A DNA stretch of 64,000 nucleotides from the NCBI GenBank assembly GCA_951406725.2, contig OX597830.1:62000001-62064000 (forward strand), read 5' to 3'. Shown here one piece after another: positions 10,801-24,700 of the stretch. Position 1 is the first letter of the stretch; each line of letters starts with the position of its first letter. Source of the DNA: Octopus vulgaris (lineage: Eukaryota). Position numbers and translations under genes: made by a program. Under the pieces are notes generated by a model, which saw only the letters and a program-made list of their open reading frames with translations, ran no database searches and had not been told where the DNA came from.

Positions 10801-13800
10801 AAATAAACAATCTCGTTTACAGTTTAAGCATAAACTTCATTAACGAAGGAAAGATGAAATGAGAGTTTTATCTTGCAATGGATTTGAACAAATGCCTTAG
10901 AAATCTTCTTAAACAGAGCTAGGTTAGTGGTTCCCAAAGGGTAGAGAAAAACACCCGATTGTTTGATGAAGGCAGGCTTCAGCCTAAACAACATCTCCAT
11001 ATTGCCACCTGGCAAAGCACCGTTTCTTGCTCAGCTTCAAAATGAAGAGAGAAACTGAACTCAATACTTGTTGAGAAAATACTTTAGAATTTTAGTTTAC
11101 CAATTTCCCATCTTCTCATCCATTCTAAGTACCTGTTCCATAACATCAACCCACTGGAAATCCCTTTCTAATCATATTTGTCGCAGTAATTGTTGAGTTC
11201 CTTGTCAATGCTTATTGATCAAAGGTTTTCCAGTTTTTTCTATTGGTTTGGGTAGATTTGACAGTAATTCCTAGCAATTTGAGGGATCCTTAGTGTTCAC
11301 TACACACACACAGCTGATTCTACTATGCACCAAAGCCTTGTGAGTGGATTTGGTAGAGGGAAACTGAAAGAAGCCTGCTGTGTGTGTATATATACCAGTG
11401 AGTGCCTTTGTGTCTGTTTGTCCCCCACCACTGCTTGACAAACCAGTGTTGGTATAATTTAGCAGTTCAGCAAAAGAGACCAATAGGATTAGTAGCAGGC
11501 TTAATAAAAATAAGCACCAGGGTCAAACTGTTTGACTAAAATTCTTCAAGGTGGTGCCCCTGCATGGCCGCAGTCTAATGACTGAAACAAGTAGAAAGAT
11601 AGAAAGATAAAAGATACACATGCATGGGTGCATCAGTATGAATAATAATAATAATAATAATAATAATGAAATTATTGTATACAGTGCTCAGGTGCACCAC
11701 AACTTGTCAGAAAGTGCGTATAAAGTATATGCAGTAATGTAGAAATGTCTGGTAAGCGAACAATGTATGAGTCAGATACATGCTTGTATGTGTATGGAGG
11801 GGAGAAAATCAGGTGTAGTGTTGGTGAATCTCAGAAAGCATGGAAGTTTTGAAGGATGCAGTGCTCCGACAACTAACAACTGATGCCGGCAGTTTGTTCC
11901 ATGCTTCAGCAACTCTCAGCGTGAAAAAATGTTTCCTAAAGTCATGGGAGCTGTGCTGTTTTCTGACTTTGTAAACATGTCCACGGGTGTTAGACGGGCG
12001 GAGTTCAAAAAGGTGCTCAGAGTTATTGTTTGTAACATGGTTGAATGAACAAAATCAGTCAAACAAAAATGCATAGAAGTATTTACCTCCAACATTATTA
12101 TCTTCTTTTACCAAAGTACTAGAGTTTGACATAATTAAGTAAATTTAAACTTTTAAAGGAGGTTCCCTGCAGTCTAATGACTGAAAACAGTAAAAGAATA
12201 AAAACAAGGCTTCAACAAGTGCTCCACTACAACAGTTTTTAATTTTATCAACTTACATGGAGAGTGGTGATGAGATAACTTTAGATTTGAGATCTTGTAA
12301 AGTCTTATGAAACTGGTAGGCACTAATTAACACACCACCAAGAAGTTGAGAAGCAGTCAACCATCCTAGGAGCCAGAATATTCCAAACCTTGTCTTTGGT
12401 TTCAAGGAAAATTGAATCTGCAGTAGAGAGAGAGAGAGAAAAAGAGAAATGGAGAGAATGTCAGTGTGAGGATATCCTGATGAGTTGTTAAGTAACAATT
12501 CCTTAAGATCGATCAATGTTCATGGCAAGATACTGAAAAGGTGTTTATGGGACTAATTTCAAATTGAGACTAAATACAAACTGAACGTGGCCGTTGCCAG
12601 CGCAACCCCGACTGGCCTCCGTGCTGGTGGCACGTAAAATGCACCATCCGATTGTGGCCATTGCCAGCCTCATCTGGCCCCTGTGCAGGTGGCATGTAAA
12701 AAGCACCCACTACACTCACGGAGTGGTTGGCGTTAGGAAAGGCATCCAGCCATAGAAACACTGCCAGATCAGACTGGGCCTGGCGCAGCCTTCTGGCTTC
12801 CCAGACCCCAGTTGAACCGTCCAACCCATGCTAGCATGGAAAATGGACGTTAAACGATGATGATGATGATGGTATGAATCTGCATATCTATTTATTCATA
12901 ACACTGACTCTATTGGTAAAGTAATTATAGGGCTGTTGACCATCTTTTGTTAGACTCATGGATCATATTTTGTAAAATATTCGTTGACATTTTAGTAACT
13001 TTCAACTGTTATCATCAGCAGCTTCGAACAGAAGAGATACTGGATGTTGGTAAATTGATAAATAACAAAAAAACTAGTCTGTTCAATCCTCATCCCAGGC
13101 AGTTGAAAAAAGATTTCATTGGATCTAACTTCACATTAAGACTAAATAAGCATGAATATTATGACTCAGTGTGTGGGGGTGAGAAAAAGTGTGTATGTGT
13201 GTGTGTGTGTGTGCATGCGTGCGTGTGTGTGTGTGTAAAGGTAAGATCCAAGGATCAAGGCGTAGGAAGTTAATTTTGTTTTGTTTTTTGATTTATTATT
13301 AGGGTTGCTTAATATGTTTTGCTAAAATTGCTGTTTCTTTTCAGATACCATCAGAAAAAGGTAATTAAAATTCATTAAAATGACAGATCTACTGGACTTT
13401 CAAAGAGGTCAAATTGTTGGTGCACATATGGCAGGCGCTAGCATAACGAAAATAGCTGAAATGTTTGGTGTATTAAGAAGTACTGTCTTGAAAGTAATGA
13501 CGGACTTTGAGAAAGAGGGAAAAACCTCCTCATTGAAACAAAACTCTGGAAGAAAGCCAAAACTTTCAGATAGGAACTGATAGGAAAGGAGGGAGGGAAG
13601 AATATGTATATGTATGTATGTATGCATGCACGTATCTATGTATGTATGTAAGTGTGCATGCATGCGTACATGTTTGTATGTTTCTGTGTTTGTCTACATT
13701 TCTCTGAACAGCACTTAACTATAAGCAGTAATGTTGCTTTCATTTCCCCACTAGCTTTGCACCTTCAAAGACAGGTGGAATAGGATACCCCTTACTTAAA

Positions 13801-14689
13801 AATCGGGTAAGGGTTAATAATAGGAAGGAAGGACATCAAGCAGTAATGCAACACCTCAATAATTTCTTCTAACAAAAGCTGACATCCCAAAACAGATGAT
13901 AAATAAAAAGAAACAATTATGTATATAAGAAGTAAACTCACATAATTGACTCCCAAGAGACGTTTGGCAATATGGTAGAAAATACCTCTGAGGTAAAAGG
14001 CCGTCAGGTGGAATCTGTGACAAAACAGCATACACTGTTTCACAACTGGAATCATTTTTATTAAAAACTCTTTGCTATGAAGTGACAAAAATCTCAGGCT
14101 GGAATCTGGTTTCATTAAGTCTTTCTGGCATTTGTCAAAGAATCTTTGAAATACATAGGGAGTCCAGACATGAAGCAAGATCATAAATGATCTCCTCTGA
14201 AACACAAATACATTTTTTTTTTATGCATTGGTCAAAAATTTGATCTGAAATGGCTTATAAAAATATTATTGTATTTTTGCAAATGGAAACAAATGAACAT
14301 ATAGGCTTAGGTACAAAGGTGTCATGTGGTTAAGAAGCTTGATTCATAAAAGTTAGTTCCGGATTCTAATCCCACCACATAGCACTGACAACATATGACT
14401 CCTACCTCAATAAAAGTTAAGTTTCACTTACAAGGCTTGAGAAATCATCCCAAAACTTGTTGAAAGGATCTTACCCGTTCTTGAATGGTAGACTTAATCT
14501 ATTGCTCCCTTTAACATCACCATCAACCCCATTGATTATCCACTCTGTTGCAAGCACTCAAACCAGACCCCAATTAGAGAATGTTACTCTCTTTAAGCCC
14601 CACCAATTTTACTCCTTCCATTCAGCAAGAAGAAGAAGAAGAAGAAGAAGAAGAAGAAGAAGAAGAAGAAGAAGAACAACAACAACAAC

Positions 14690-14720
<31 letters not shown>

Positions 14721-15727
14721 GTAATCAGATTGATCAAGTTGAAGGAAATGCGCCAACTGCTACTGCAAAAAATAAAATTAATTGCAAAGACAAAAGCACA
14801 TGAAAAATTAGCTAGCAGATGGGAACAGAAACCTCTGCATGGCAAGTATGTGACCCGTAGCAAACAAGCTGATGTCAACCAGAAACACATGCACCAATGG
14901 TTATGAAGCTCAGGGCTAAAAGCAGAGAGTGAAGGTTTCATATTAGCTGCTCAAGACCAAAGCTTATTAACCCGGAACTACCAAAGCCAATGTGATAAAA
15001 AAATGGAGCTGACCCAAAATGCCAATTCTGTAATGATGAGATTGAAACTATAGACCACCTAATCTCAGGGTGTTGAGTCTTAACACCTGTAGAATATAAA
15101 GCAAGACATGACAGAGTTGACCAGTATTTACACTGGACAATATGTCGGTATTATAAAATCAAAAACTGCTGACAAAAGGTATAAACACCATCCTGAAGCT
15201 GTGACTGAGGGAGAAAATGTGTCGATTCTATGGGACTTCCCCGTACAAACCGACAAGACTATAAAAGATCAGACAAAAAAGGTGTGTTTATTAATTGACA
15301 TGAGTATTCCTTGCGATCACAATATAGCAGTGAAAGAATTTGACAAGATCAGTAAATATAAAGACTTGCTAATAGAAATTGAAAAAAATGTGGCATCTCA
15401 AGGCAACTACAGTACCAGTGATTGTAGGATCTCTAGGAATGATAAAAAAAGGGTACTGAAACCTATTTGAAAATGATACCAGGTTTACCATCCCTACAGG
15501 AAGTGCAAAAGATCGTGTTAACTGGAATGGCTCATGTACTGAGAAGAGAATTATTGCTGTGAAAACACCATTCATTCATGAATTTATTTATTTGTTAATT
15601 TTTTTAAATACATATTTTACCTGTGAATTTGCATGTGTAATCTGGGAATGCATACAATGAGCTTCTATGCCCTAGGTGTACGGAAAACACTCGGCGAGAG
15701 ACAGAAGAAAATTTGAAGAAAGAAGGA

Positions 15728-15764
<37 letters not shown>

Positions 15765-18700
15765 GGACAAACAAGAGTGCCTAACAATTGATGTGGCAGT
15801 GCCAAGAGATCAACATATTATCATGAAAGAAAGAGAAAAGATTGATAAATACGGAGACCTGAGAATTGAGATTGCCAAGATGTGGCAGCTGGGAGAGACA
15901 AACAAAGGTTGTTCTTGTCATCAGAGCGCTGGGTTCAATATCAGCCAACCTAAAGAAACATCTGGAAACTTTAGAAATACCCTACAATTTAGGTGTTTTG
16001 CAAAAATTGGCATTGCTTGGAACTGCACGCATATTGTGTAAAGTACTGCCTGAAGAGCTGAGTCGCAGACAATAATGGTCGAAAGGGCAATGGAAACATA
16101 CCAAAGAAGGTATGAAGGCATATCTTGAAATAAAGTACCATGTAGAAAATAAAGAGTTCAAAACTGTGGTTGAAACCCTAAAACAACATATTCAAGCAAA
16201 AGTAGTGAAGGGCAACACTACACTGAATGCATATTGCAGTTCCATCAAAACAGACTATTCACAATCAACCAAAAGGCAGTTTTTAGGAGCTTGGGTGGGG
16301 ACACAGAAGGTAATATATCCTCTGAAGCAGAGAAAACCTGACAATTTTGGGATAACATTTGGGGGCAAGAGGTTACCCACAACAATGGTGCTGAGTGGGT
16401 TCATTCCATGAGCTCCAAACTCCAACATCCTGAGGCTCAAAGGCAGAGTCATGTATCTATAATAGAAGATGTAATTGCATAGGTACTGAAAATGCCAAAC
16501 TGGTGAGCAGCAGAGCTAGATGGAATCGAGGCAACTGGCTCAAGTGGTTTAGGTCTGCACACGAATTGTTTTGCAATTAGATGACTGCCTACAAAATGAT
16601 GTGGTTCCAGAATGGATGGTAGAGGGAAAGACAGTACTGTTGATAAAAGATAGATCAAAGGGCAATTACCAACCCATTGCTTGTCTTAACCTCTTAGGGA
16701 AAGTGTTAGCAGGCATCCTCACAAGGAAAATAAATACATCCGATCGTGGCCGTTCGCCAGCCTCGTCTGGCACCTGTGTCGGTGGCACATAAAAAACACC
16801 ATCCGAGTGTGGCCGTCTGCCAGCCTCGTCTGGCACCTGTGTCGGTGGCACATAAAAAACACCATCCGAGCGTGGCCGTCTGCCAGCCTCGTCTGGCACC
16901 TGTGTCGGTGGCACATAAAAAACACCATCCGAACGTCTGCCAGCCTCGTCTGGCACCTGTGTCGGTGGCACATAAAAAACACCATCCGAGCGTGGCCGTC
17001 TGCCAGCCTCGTCTGGCACCTGTGTCGGTGACACATAAAAAACACCATCCGAGCGTGGCCGTCTGCCAGCCTCGTCTGGCACCTGTGTCGGTGGCACATA
17101 AAAAACACCATCCGAGCGTGGCCGTCTGCCAGCCTCGTATGGCACCTGTGTCGGTGGCACATAAAATCACCCACTACACTCTCAGAGTGGTTGGCGTTAG
17201 GAAGGGCATCCAGTTGTAGAAACACTGCCAGATCTGACTGGCCTGGTGCAGCCTTCAGGCTTGCCAGACCCCAGTTGAACCGTCCAACCCATGCTAGCAT
17301 GGAAAGCGGACGTTTAACGATGATGATGATGATGATGATTGCAGAAATCAATCTTATGGCCACAATTAAGAGGAGGAGAAAGGGGAGGAAAAGGAAGTAA
17401 GGTAACTCACCATGGTTGAGACTGGTGCTCGCAGAGTACCGTCCACCTGAATTATATTCACATACTCCTCCCCAAGTGTCTGGAAACCTGAAACAAACAA
17501 AAAAATATACCAGAATATAACTAAAATTATAGTGAATAATATGTACCAAGACCCACAATATTTACCACAGTACAAAACAATATTTGAACTAGAAAATCAA
17601 TACAGCATCGGTTATGAATCAATAAATATGTAGTGTCCCATTTATACTCTTTACTCTCTCTTTTACTCTTTTACTTGTTTCAGTCATTTGACTGCAGCCA
17701 TGCTGGAGCACCGCCTTTAATTGAGCAACTCGACCCTGGGACTTATTCTTTGTAAGCCCAGTACTTATTCTATCGGTCTCTTTTGCCGAACCGCTAAGTG
17801 ATGGGGACGCAAACACACCAGCATCGGTTGTCAAGCAATGCTAGGGGGACAAACACAGACACACAAACATACACACACATACATATATATACATATATAT
17901 GACAGGCTTCTTTCAGTTTCCGTCTACCAAATCCACTCACAAGGCATTGGTCGGCTCGAAGCTATAGTAGAAGACACTTGCCCAAGGTGCCACGCAGTGG
18001 GACTGAACCCGGAACCATGTGGTTAATAAACAAGCTACTTACCACAGAGCCACTCCTGCGCCTATATGTATTTAGTCTTGCAAATAAGTAAACAGTTTGA
18101 GATGAGGATTAATGATTGTTAATTAATATTTCATCATAATTTGTATAACTTATGGAGCCTAATTTCACAGTGAGACACTATCATCATCATCATCATTTAA
18201 CGTCCGTTCTCCATGCTAGCATGAGTTGGACGGTTCGCCCGGGGATCTGGGAAGCCAGAAGGCTGCACCAGGCTCCAGTCTTATCTGGCAATGTTTCTAC
18301 AGCTGGATGCCCTTCTTAACGCCAACCACTCCGTGAGTGTAGTGGGTGCTTTTTACCTGCTACCTGCACAGGTACCAGGCGAGGCTGGCAACGGCCACGG
18401 TCGGATTGGTGCATTTTACGTGCCACCGGCACGGAAGCCAGTCGAGGCGGCACTGGCATCGGCCACGATTCGGATGGTGCTTTTTACGTGCCACCAGCAC
18501 GGAAGCCAGTCGAGGCGGCACTAGCATCGGCCACGATTCGGATAGTGCTTTTTACATACCACCAGGGGTTCTGGCATCTGCCGAGTGCCAGTCATAGGAT
18601 TGGTTCAATTTCAATTCCGATTTCGATTTCACTTGCCCCGACAGGTCATCGCAAGCAAGACGGGTGCCTGTTGTCGGATGAGGTTCGATATCGACTTCGC

Positions 18701-21700
18701 TTGCCTCAACAGGTCTTTGTGTGTCCAAGGGAGGAAAGGCATGCAAAAGTGGGCTGGACTCACTTGTTCTGCCTGGTCTTCTCACGCACAGCATATTTCC
18801 AAAGGTATCGGTCGCTGGTCATTTCCTCAGTGAGGCCTAAAGTTCGAAGGTCGTGCTTCACCACCTCGTCCCAGGTTTTCCTGGGTCTACCTCTTCCACG
18901 GGTTCCCTCAACTGCTAGGGATTGGCACTTTTTCACACACCTATCTTCATCCATTCTCGCCACATGACCATACCAGCGCAATCGTCTCTCTTGCACACCA
19001 CAACTGATGCTTCTTAGGTCCAACATTTCTCTCAAGGTACTAACGCTCTGTCGAGTATGCACACTGACATTACACGTCCATCGGAGCATACTGGCTTCAT
19101 TCCTCGCGAGCTTACGCATGTCCCTCAGCAGTCACGGCCCATGTTTCACTGCCATGTAGCATGGCTGTTCGTACACATGCATCATACAGTCTGCCTTTTA
19201 CTCTGAGCAAGGGGCCTTTAGTCACCAGCAGAGGTAAGAGCTCCCTAAACTTTGCCCAGGCAATTCTTACTCTAGCAATTACACTTTCAACGCACCCACC
19301 CCAACTACTGACTTGGTCACCTAGATAACGGAAGCTATCAACTACTTCTAGTTTTTCCCCCTGGAAAGTGATGGAAGTTGTTTTCTGCAGATTTTCAGAG
19401 TTTATTGCTCCTGAGCATCTGCCACATACAAAAACTATCTTCCCAGTTAGCCTTCCTTTGACATTGCTGCACCTATTATGCGTCCATAGCTTACACTGGG
19501 TACATCTTATAGAGTTTCTACCTACACCTTTTCTACAGATCAAGCAGGGCCATCTTCCTGAAGACATTTGTGGATTGTCTACCTTCCTACTTATTAGTAC
19601 TTTGGTTTTAGCTAGGTTGACTCTAAGGCCCCTCGATTCTAAACCCTCCTTCCACACCTGGAACGTCTCCTCCAGTTCTGATAGTGACTCAGCAATTAGA
19701 GCAAGGTCGTAAGCATAGAGGAGCTCCCAGGGGCATCCTGTCTTGAATTCCTCCGTAATTGCCTGGAGGACTATGATAAATAGGTGGGGGCTGAGTACTG
19801 AACCCTGGTGGACCCCAACCTCTACTTTGAATTTTTCTGTGTACATGTTGCCAACCCTAACCTTACTTACGGCATCCCTGTACATGGCTTGCACAGCCCT
19901 CACCAGCCATTCATCTATCCCTAGTTTCCTCATTGACCACCAGATAAGGGATCGGGGGACCCTGTCAAAGGCTTTCTCCATGTCAACGAAAGCCAAGTAC
20001 AGGGGCTTATCTTTGGCTAGGTATTTCTCCTGCAGCTGTCTCACCAGAAATATGGCATCAGTGGTGCTTTTCCCTGGCATGAAACCAAACTGCATGTCGT
20101 CCAAGTTGACTCTCTCCCTAATCAGTTGGGCTATGACCCTCTCTGTAACCTTCATTACCTGATCCAACAGCTTGATACCTCTGTAATTATTTGTATCTAG
20201 GGCGTCTCCTTTACCTTTGTAGCAGTTGACTAGTATGCTGCTACACCAGTCATTGGGTATGACTCCTTCGTGTATCACCTGGTTAACTATACGGGTGACT
20301 AGGTTATAGCCGACACTGCCAGATATTTTGAGCATCTCTGTCAGTTAAAGCAACGATGGTTCCAGTTGATCCAATCAAGGGAGCACACTGACCAATGACA
20401 CATGTACCCATGACATAGTTTTCATGAAGATTCACTGTGAAACAGAATGTGACAAGGCTGACCCTTTAAAATACAGTTTCAACCCATTTTTGCCAGCTGA
20501 GTGGACTGGAGCTACATGAAATAAAGACACTTGCTCAAGAACACAATGTGCTGCCAGGAATTGAACTTACAACCTTATGAGTGTGAGCTGAATGCCCTAA
20601 CCACTAAGCCACATGTCCTTTCTATTTAAAACATACATCATCATCATCATTGTTTAACGTCCGCTTTCCATGCTAGCATGGGTTGGACGATTTTGATGGA
20701 GGGCTGGCGAACCAGATGGCTGCACCAGGCTTCAATCTTGATCTGGCAAAGTTTCTACAGAGCTGTTTTATGTTCAAACTGAAAGGATTAATCTTACATA
20801 TATTCTACAATGTTGTTCTAAACTAAACAAACACACCATCAAAATCTCAAAACTATGAGATAATGCCTGATTAATTCAAAACAATCTGAATGAATGAACA
20901 AGTACATTTGATAGTGTAACCTGAATACTAAAAGAGGGCTAAACTGACAGAACATTGGAAAGAAATACTTTACTCTTAACTCTTTTACTTGTTTCAGTCA
21001 TTTGACTGCGGCCATGTTGGAGCACCGCCTTTAGTCGAGCAAATCAACCCCGGGACTTATTCTTTGTAAGCCCAGTACCTATTCTATCGGTCTCCCTTAT
21101 AAACAAGGGCAAAAGAAAAATTATTTCCATGCCAATATGCTGATAACAGACTTTTTATTCGTCAATTTCCACTTATCATGATACACTCACTATAAATACA
21201 CGTCGTGCTGAAATCGGGGAAGCTAGTCAACAGAATTTTTTAAAAATTCAATATAGAAATAACAAACTTTTTTTTTTAAATTCTGTTGACTAGCTTCCCC
21301 AATTTCAGCACGACGTGTATTTATAGTGAGTGTATCATGATAAGTGGAAATTGACGAATAAAAAGTCTGTTATCAGCATATTGGCATGGAAATAATTTTT
21401 CTTTTGCCCTTGTTTATAAGTTATAAGTAAGTTTTTATATATAATTATGATGCGCACTCTCTAACCCATTACTTGACCTTTCTTTCCTTCCTGTCTGTCT
21501 TCCTCTCTACCGGTCTCTCTCCTTCTTATTTTTCACCCTTTCTGGTTTCCTTTCCTCTTTATCTCTCTCTCTCTCTCACTCCTCCTCATCTCTCTCACTG
21601 CTGAGTGGACTACTAACTTTCTTTTGCTCGTAGCTTTCTACAAGTCAACACCGACTTTTTCTGTCTCTAGAAAGTCGATTCTAAATTGCGCTCCGAATTT

Positions 21701-24700
21701 TTCCATCGTCTAGGCTTAAAAAAAGCCCTCAATGTTGGTTTCATTGTCCTGTTTTTATTCTTTATGTGTACTGTATTTTTATTTGTATTTCTTTTACGTC
21801 CTGTTCTTGTCACTTTTTTTCTTTCCTTGTTTTACCCCTCTGCAAAAGAATTTTATTTAATTCTTTTGCAGGAAGGACTGCTTCGACTGGATCGTGTTCT
21901 GTCCTTAACTTCGAAACACGCATTGAGTCGAACCAGGGACAGCTGATGAAGGGGAATATTCCTTGTATTGTTTGTCTTGTACTCTGTTTTTTCGTTGTTA
22001 AAAAAAGTCCGTTCTCTTGTTTGTTTTTATGTTTTCATTTCTCGTTGTGTTCTACGTTTATTTGTGGTGTCCTGTACTCATATATATATCATCATCATCA
22101 TCATCATTTAGCGTCCGTTTTCCATGCTAGCATGGGTTGGACGGTTCAACTGGGGTCTGTGAAGCCAGAAGGCTGCGCCAGGCCCAGTCTGATCTGGCAG
22201 TGTTTCTACGGCTGGATGCCCTTCCTAACACCAACCACTCCGCGAGTGTAGTGGGTGCTTTTTACGTGCCACCCGCACTGTATATATACATATAGATGCA
22301 TGTATATATACATATATATGCATGTATATATACATATAGATGTAGGTAGATACATATATGTATGTATGTATGCATATATTTTATTTATTAAATTATTATA
22401 TGACTGAGCACCCTCGCGTCATTTCATTTCTTTTCTCCAAGTAAGTTTTTATATATATATATATAATATAATGTATTGATAAAACGGTAAGATAACAAAA
22501 GAAAGAAAGAGACCTCAATATTATGTAAATAGAGGAAATTTATCTATACAATATGTTACATTACTCGGTAGTCAAGATAAAACTCTGAGTTTCAGATGCC
22601 GAAGTGGAAATCCACAACACCATCTCTTCGGTTATCTGGCTATTTGAAAACGTTATGAAAAAATACCATTAAAGGGAAAATATAACAAATATAACAGAGT
22701 AATTTCCCTTTATCAGATAACCGAAGAGATGGTGTTGTGGATTTCCACTTCGGCATCTGAAACTCAGAGTTTTATCTTGACTACCGAGTAATGTAACATA
22801 TTGTATATATATAATATAATGTATATATGTATGCATGAATGTGTAAGTAAATGTGCATATGTATATATGTGTGTATCCAGATAATTAGTGGTGCATAAAT
22901 AGCAATAAAAAGACAAACAAAAGCTATGCACTTACCAGCAGCTGTTGTCAGTAAGAAGTAAGTGAAATCAGCAAAAACTTCCAGTTCTTTGCGAAGGTGT
23001 ATCCATGATCTCATACCTATGTATAAGAAAAGACAATGAAAATAAGAGCAGTTAGCATATTTTTATATCCTGGTGTCGGATATCTAATTTAATGAAGTAG
23101 GGGGAAAGAAAGTATTCACACGACGCAATATGATTACTGTTTCATGTGGATACACACTCTCAGCCAATGGCTCACAGTGAACTGTTCACAATCAATTGCT
23201 GGCAGTTCTTCATTTCATAGCAATGGGTCAGTCCACTTTTAGTTATTTGGGTGATGGTTGGAATCCTTCCACAGCACATATGAGGGAAAAGTTAGTTTTA
23301 ATTCACGTAGTGTTAGCCCTAATCAACCAGACCTATTTTCGAATACATTCCTGTCATGACCATACTGTACTTTTTAAAGATGGGCAGAAGGTAAGCAAGA
23401 CAAGCAGACTTGGTTTGTGGAAGACGCATCTGCACTCCAATAAAACATTAAACAAGGCGGCGAGCTGGCAGAATCGTTAGCACGCCGGGCAAAATGCGTA
23501 GCCGTATTTCGTCCGCCGCTGCGTTCTGAGTTCAAATTCCGCCGAGGTCGACTTTGCCTTTCATCCATTCAGGGTCGATAAATTAAGTACCAGTTACACA
23601 CTGGGGTCGTTGTAATCGACTTAATTCGTTTGTCTGTCCTTGTTTGTCCCCTCTATGTTTAGCCCCTTGTGGGTAATAAGAAAACAAATAAAACATTAAA
23701 TGTCGGTTCTGTGGCCTGATATATATAGGAAAAACCAGTCATAGGTTAGTGGATCATATCACTATCCACCTGAACAAGACCGTATGACCCAATAGATGCA
23801 ACTTCAGCTCATTTGCACATACTATTTCCATTCTTTCTTGCCAGCCTCGCCTGGCCCCCGTGCCGGTGGCACGTAAAAAGCACCATCCGACCATGGCCGT
23901 TTGCCAGCCCCGTCTGGCACCTGTGCTGGTGGCACGTAAAAAGCACCCACTACACTCACGGAGTGGTTGGCGTTAGGAAGGGCATCCAGCTGTAGAAACA
24001 TTGCCAGATCAGACTGGGTCTGGCGCAGCCTTCTGGCTTCCCAGACCCCAGTTGAACCATCCAACCCATGCTAGCATGGAAAGCGGACGCTAAATGATAA
24101 TGAAGATGAGTAGCATTATTTCATACTACAGATTCCCTTCTTCACTCTAGTAAAAAGAAAAATACCTCATCTTCCACCATAGCTGCTCTATCTCATCAGG
24201 TATGAATAGTGGTCATGATAACATAACTACATCCTTCCACACTGCATCCCAAATTATTACATTCATCTCACACTTTTATACACCTAACTCACAAACCACA
24301 TGCACCAGATGCATGTGCTTTACCAGATGATGGCTGAAACATTATTAAATGATATCTGAAATAATACATTGTATCAGTATTATTTCAACCATATTGGTAA
24401 GTGTTGATTCTTCAGGTATAAGCACAAAGGGTTAGCATAATGAACAAATGTAACAATATATTTCTTCACTACCCACAAGGGACTAAACACTGAGGGGACA
24501 CACAAGGACAGACAAACGGATTAAGTCGATTACATCGACCCCAGTGCGTAACTGGTACTTAATTTATCGACCCCAAAAGGATGAAAGGCAAAGTCGACCT
24601 CAGCGGAATTTGAACCCAGAACGTAACTGCAGACGAAATACGGCTACGTATTTTGCCTGGCGTGCTAACGTTTCTGCCAGCTCGCCGCCTTTGTAACAAT

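Noticed and set aside
16666-17558. Long repetitive ORFs in several frames and a CRISPR-like look
   Set aside because: A contiguous 63-bp minisatellite with no unique spacers, inside an RTE tail; no cas genes and the DNA is eukaryotic.
19112-20335. 407-aa RT ORF as an active or domesticated gene
   Set aside because: 5'-truncated, catalytic YADD changed to YAYD, and frameshifted near 19115.
24318-24402. CAGATGA with nested hairpins, hammerhead-like
   Set aside because: Core mutated and no GAAA/stem III in the right place; at most a decayed relic.
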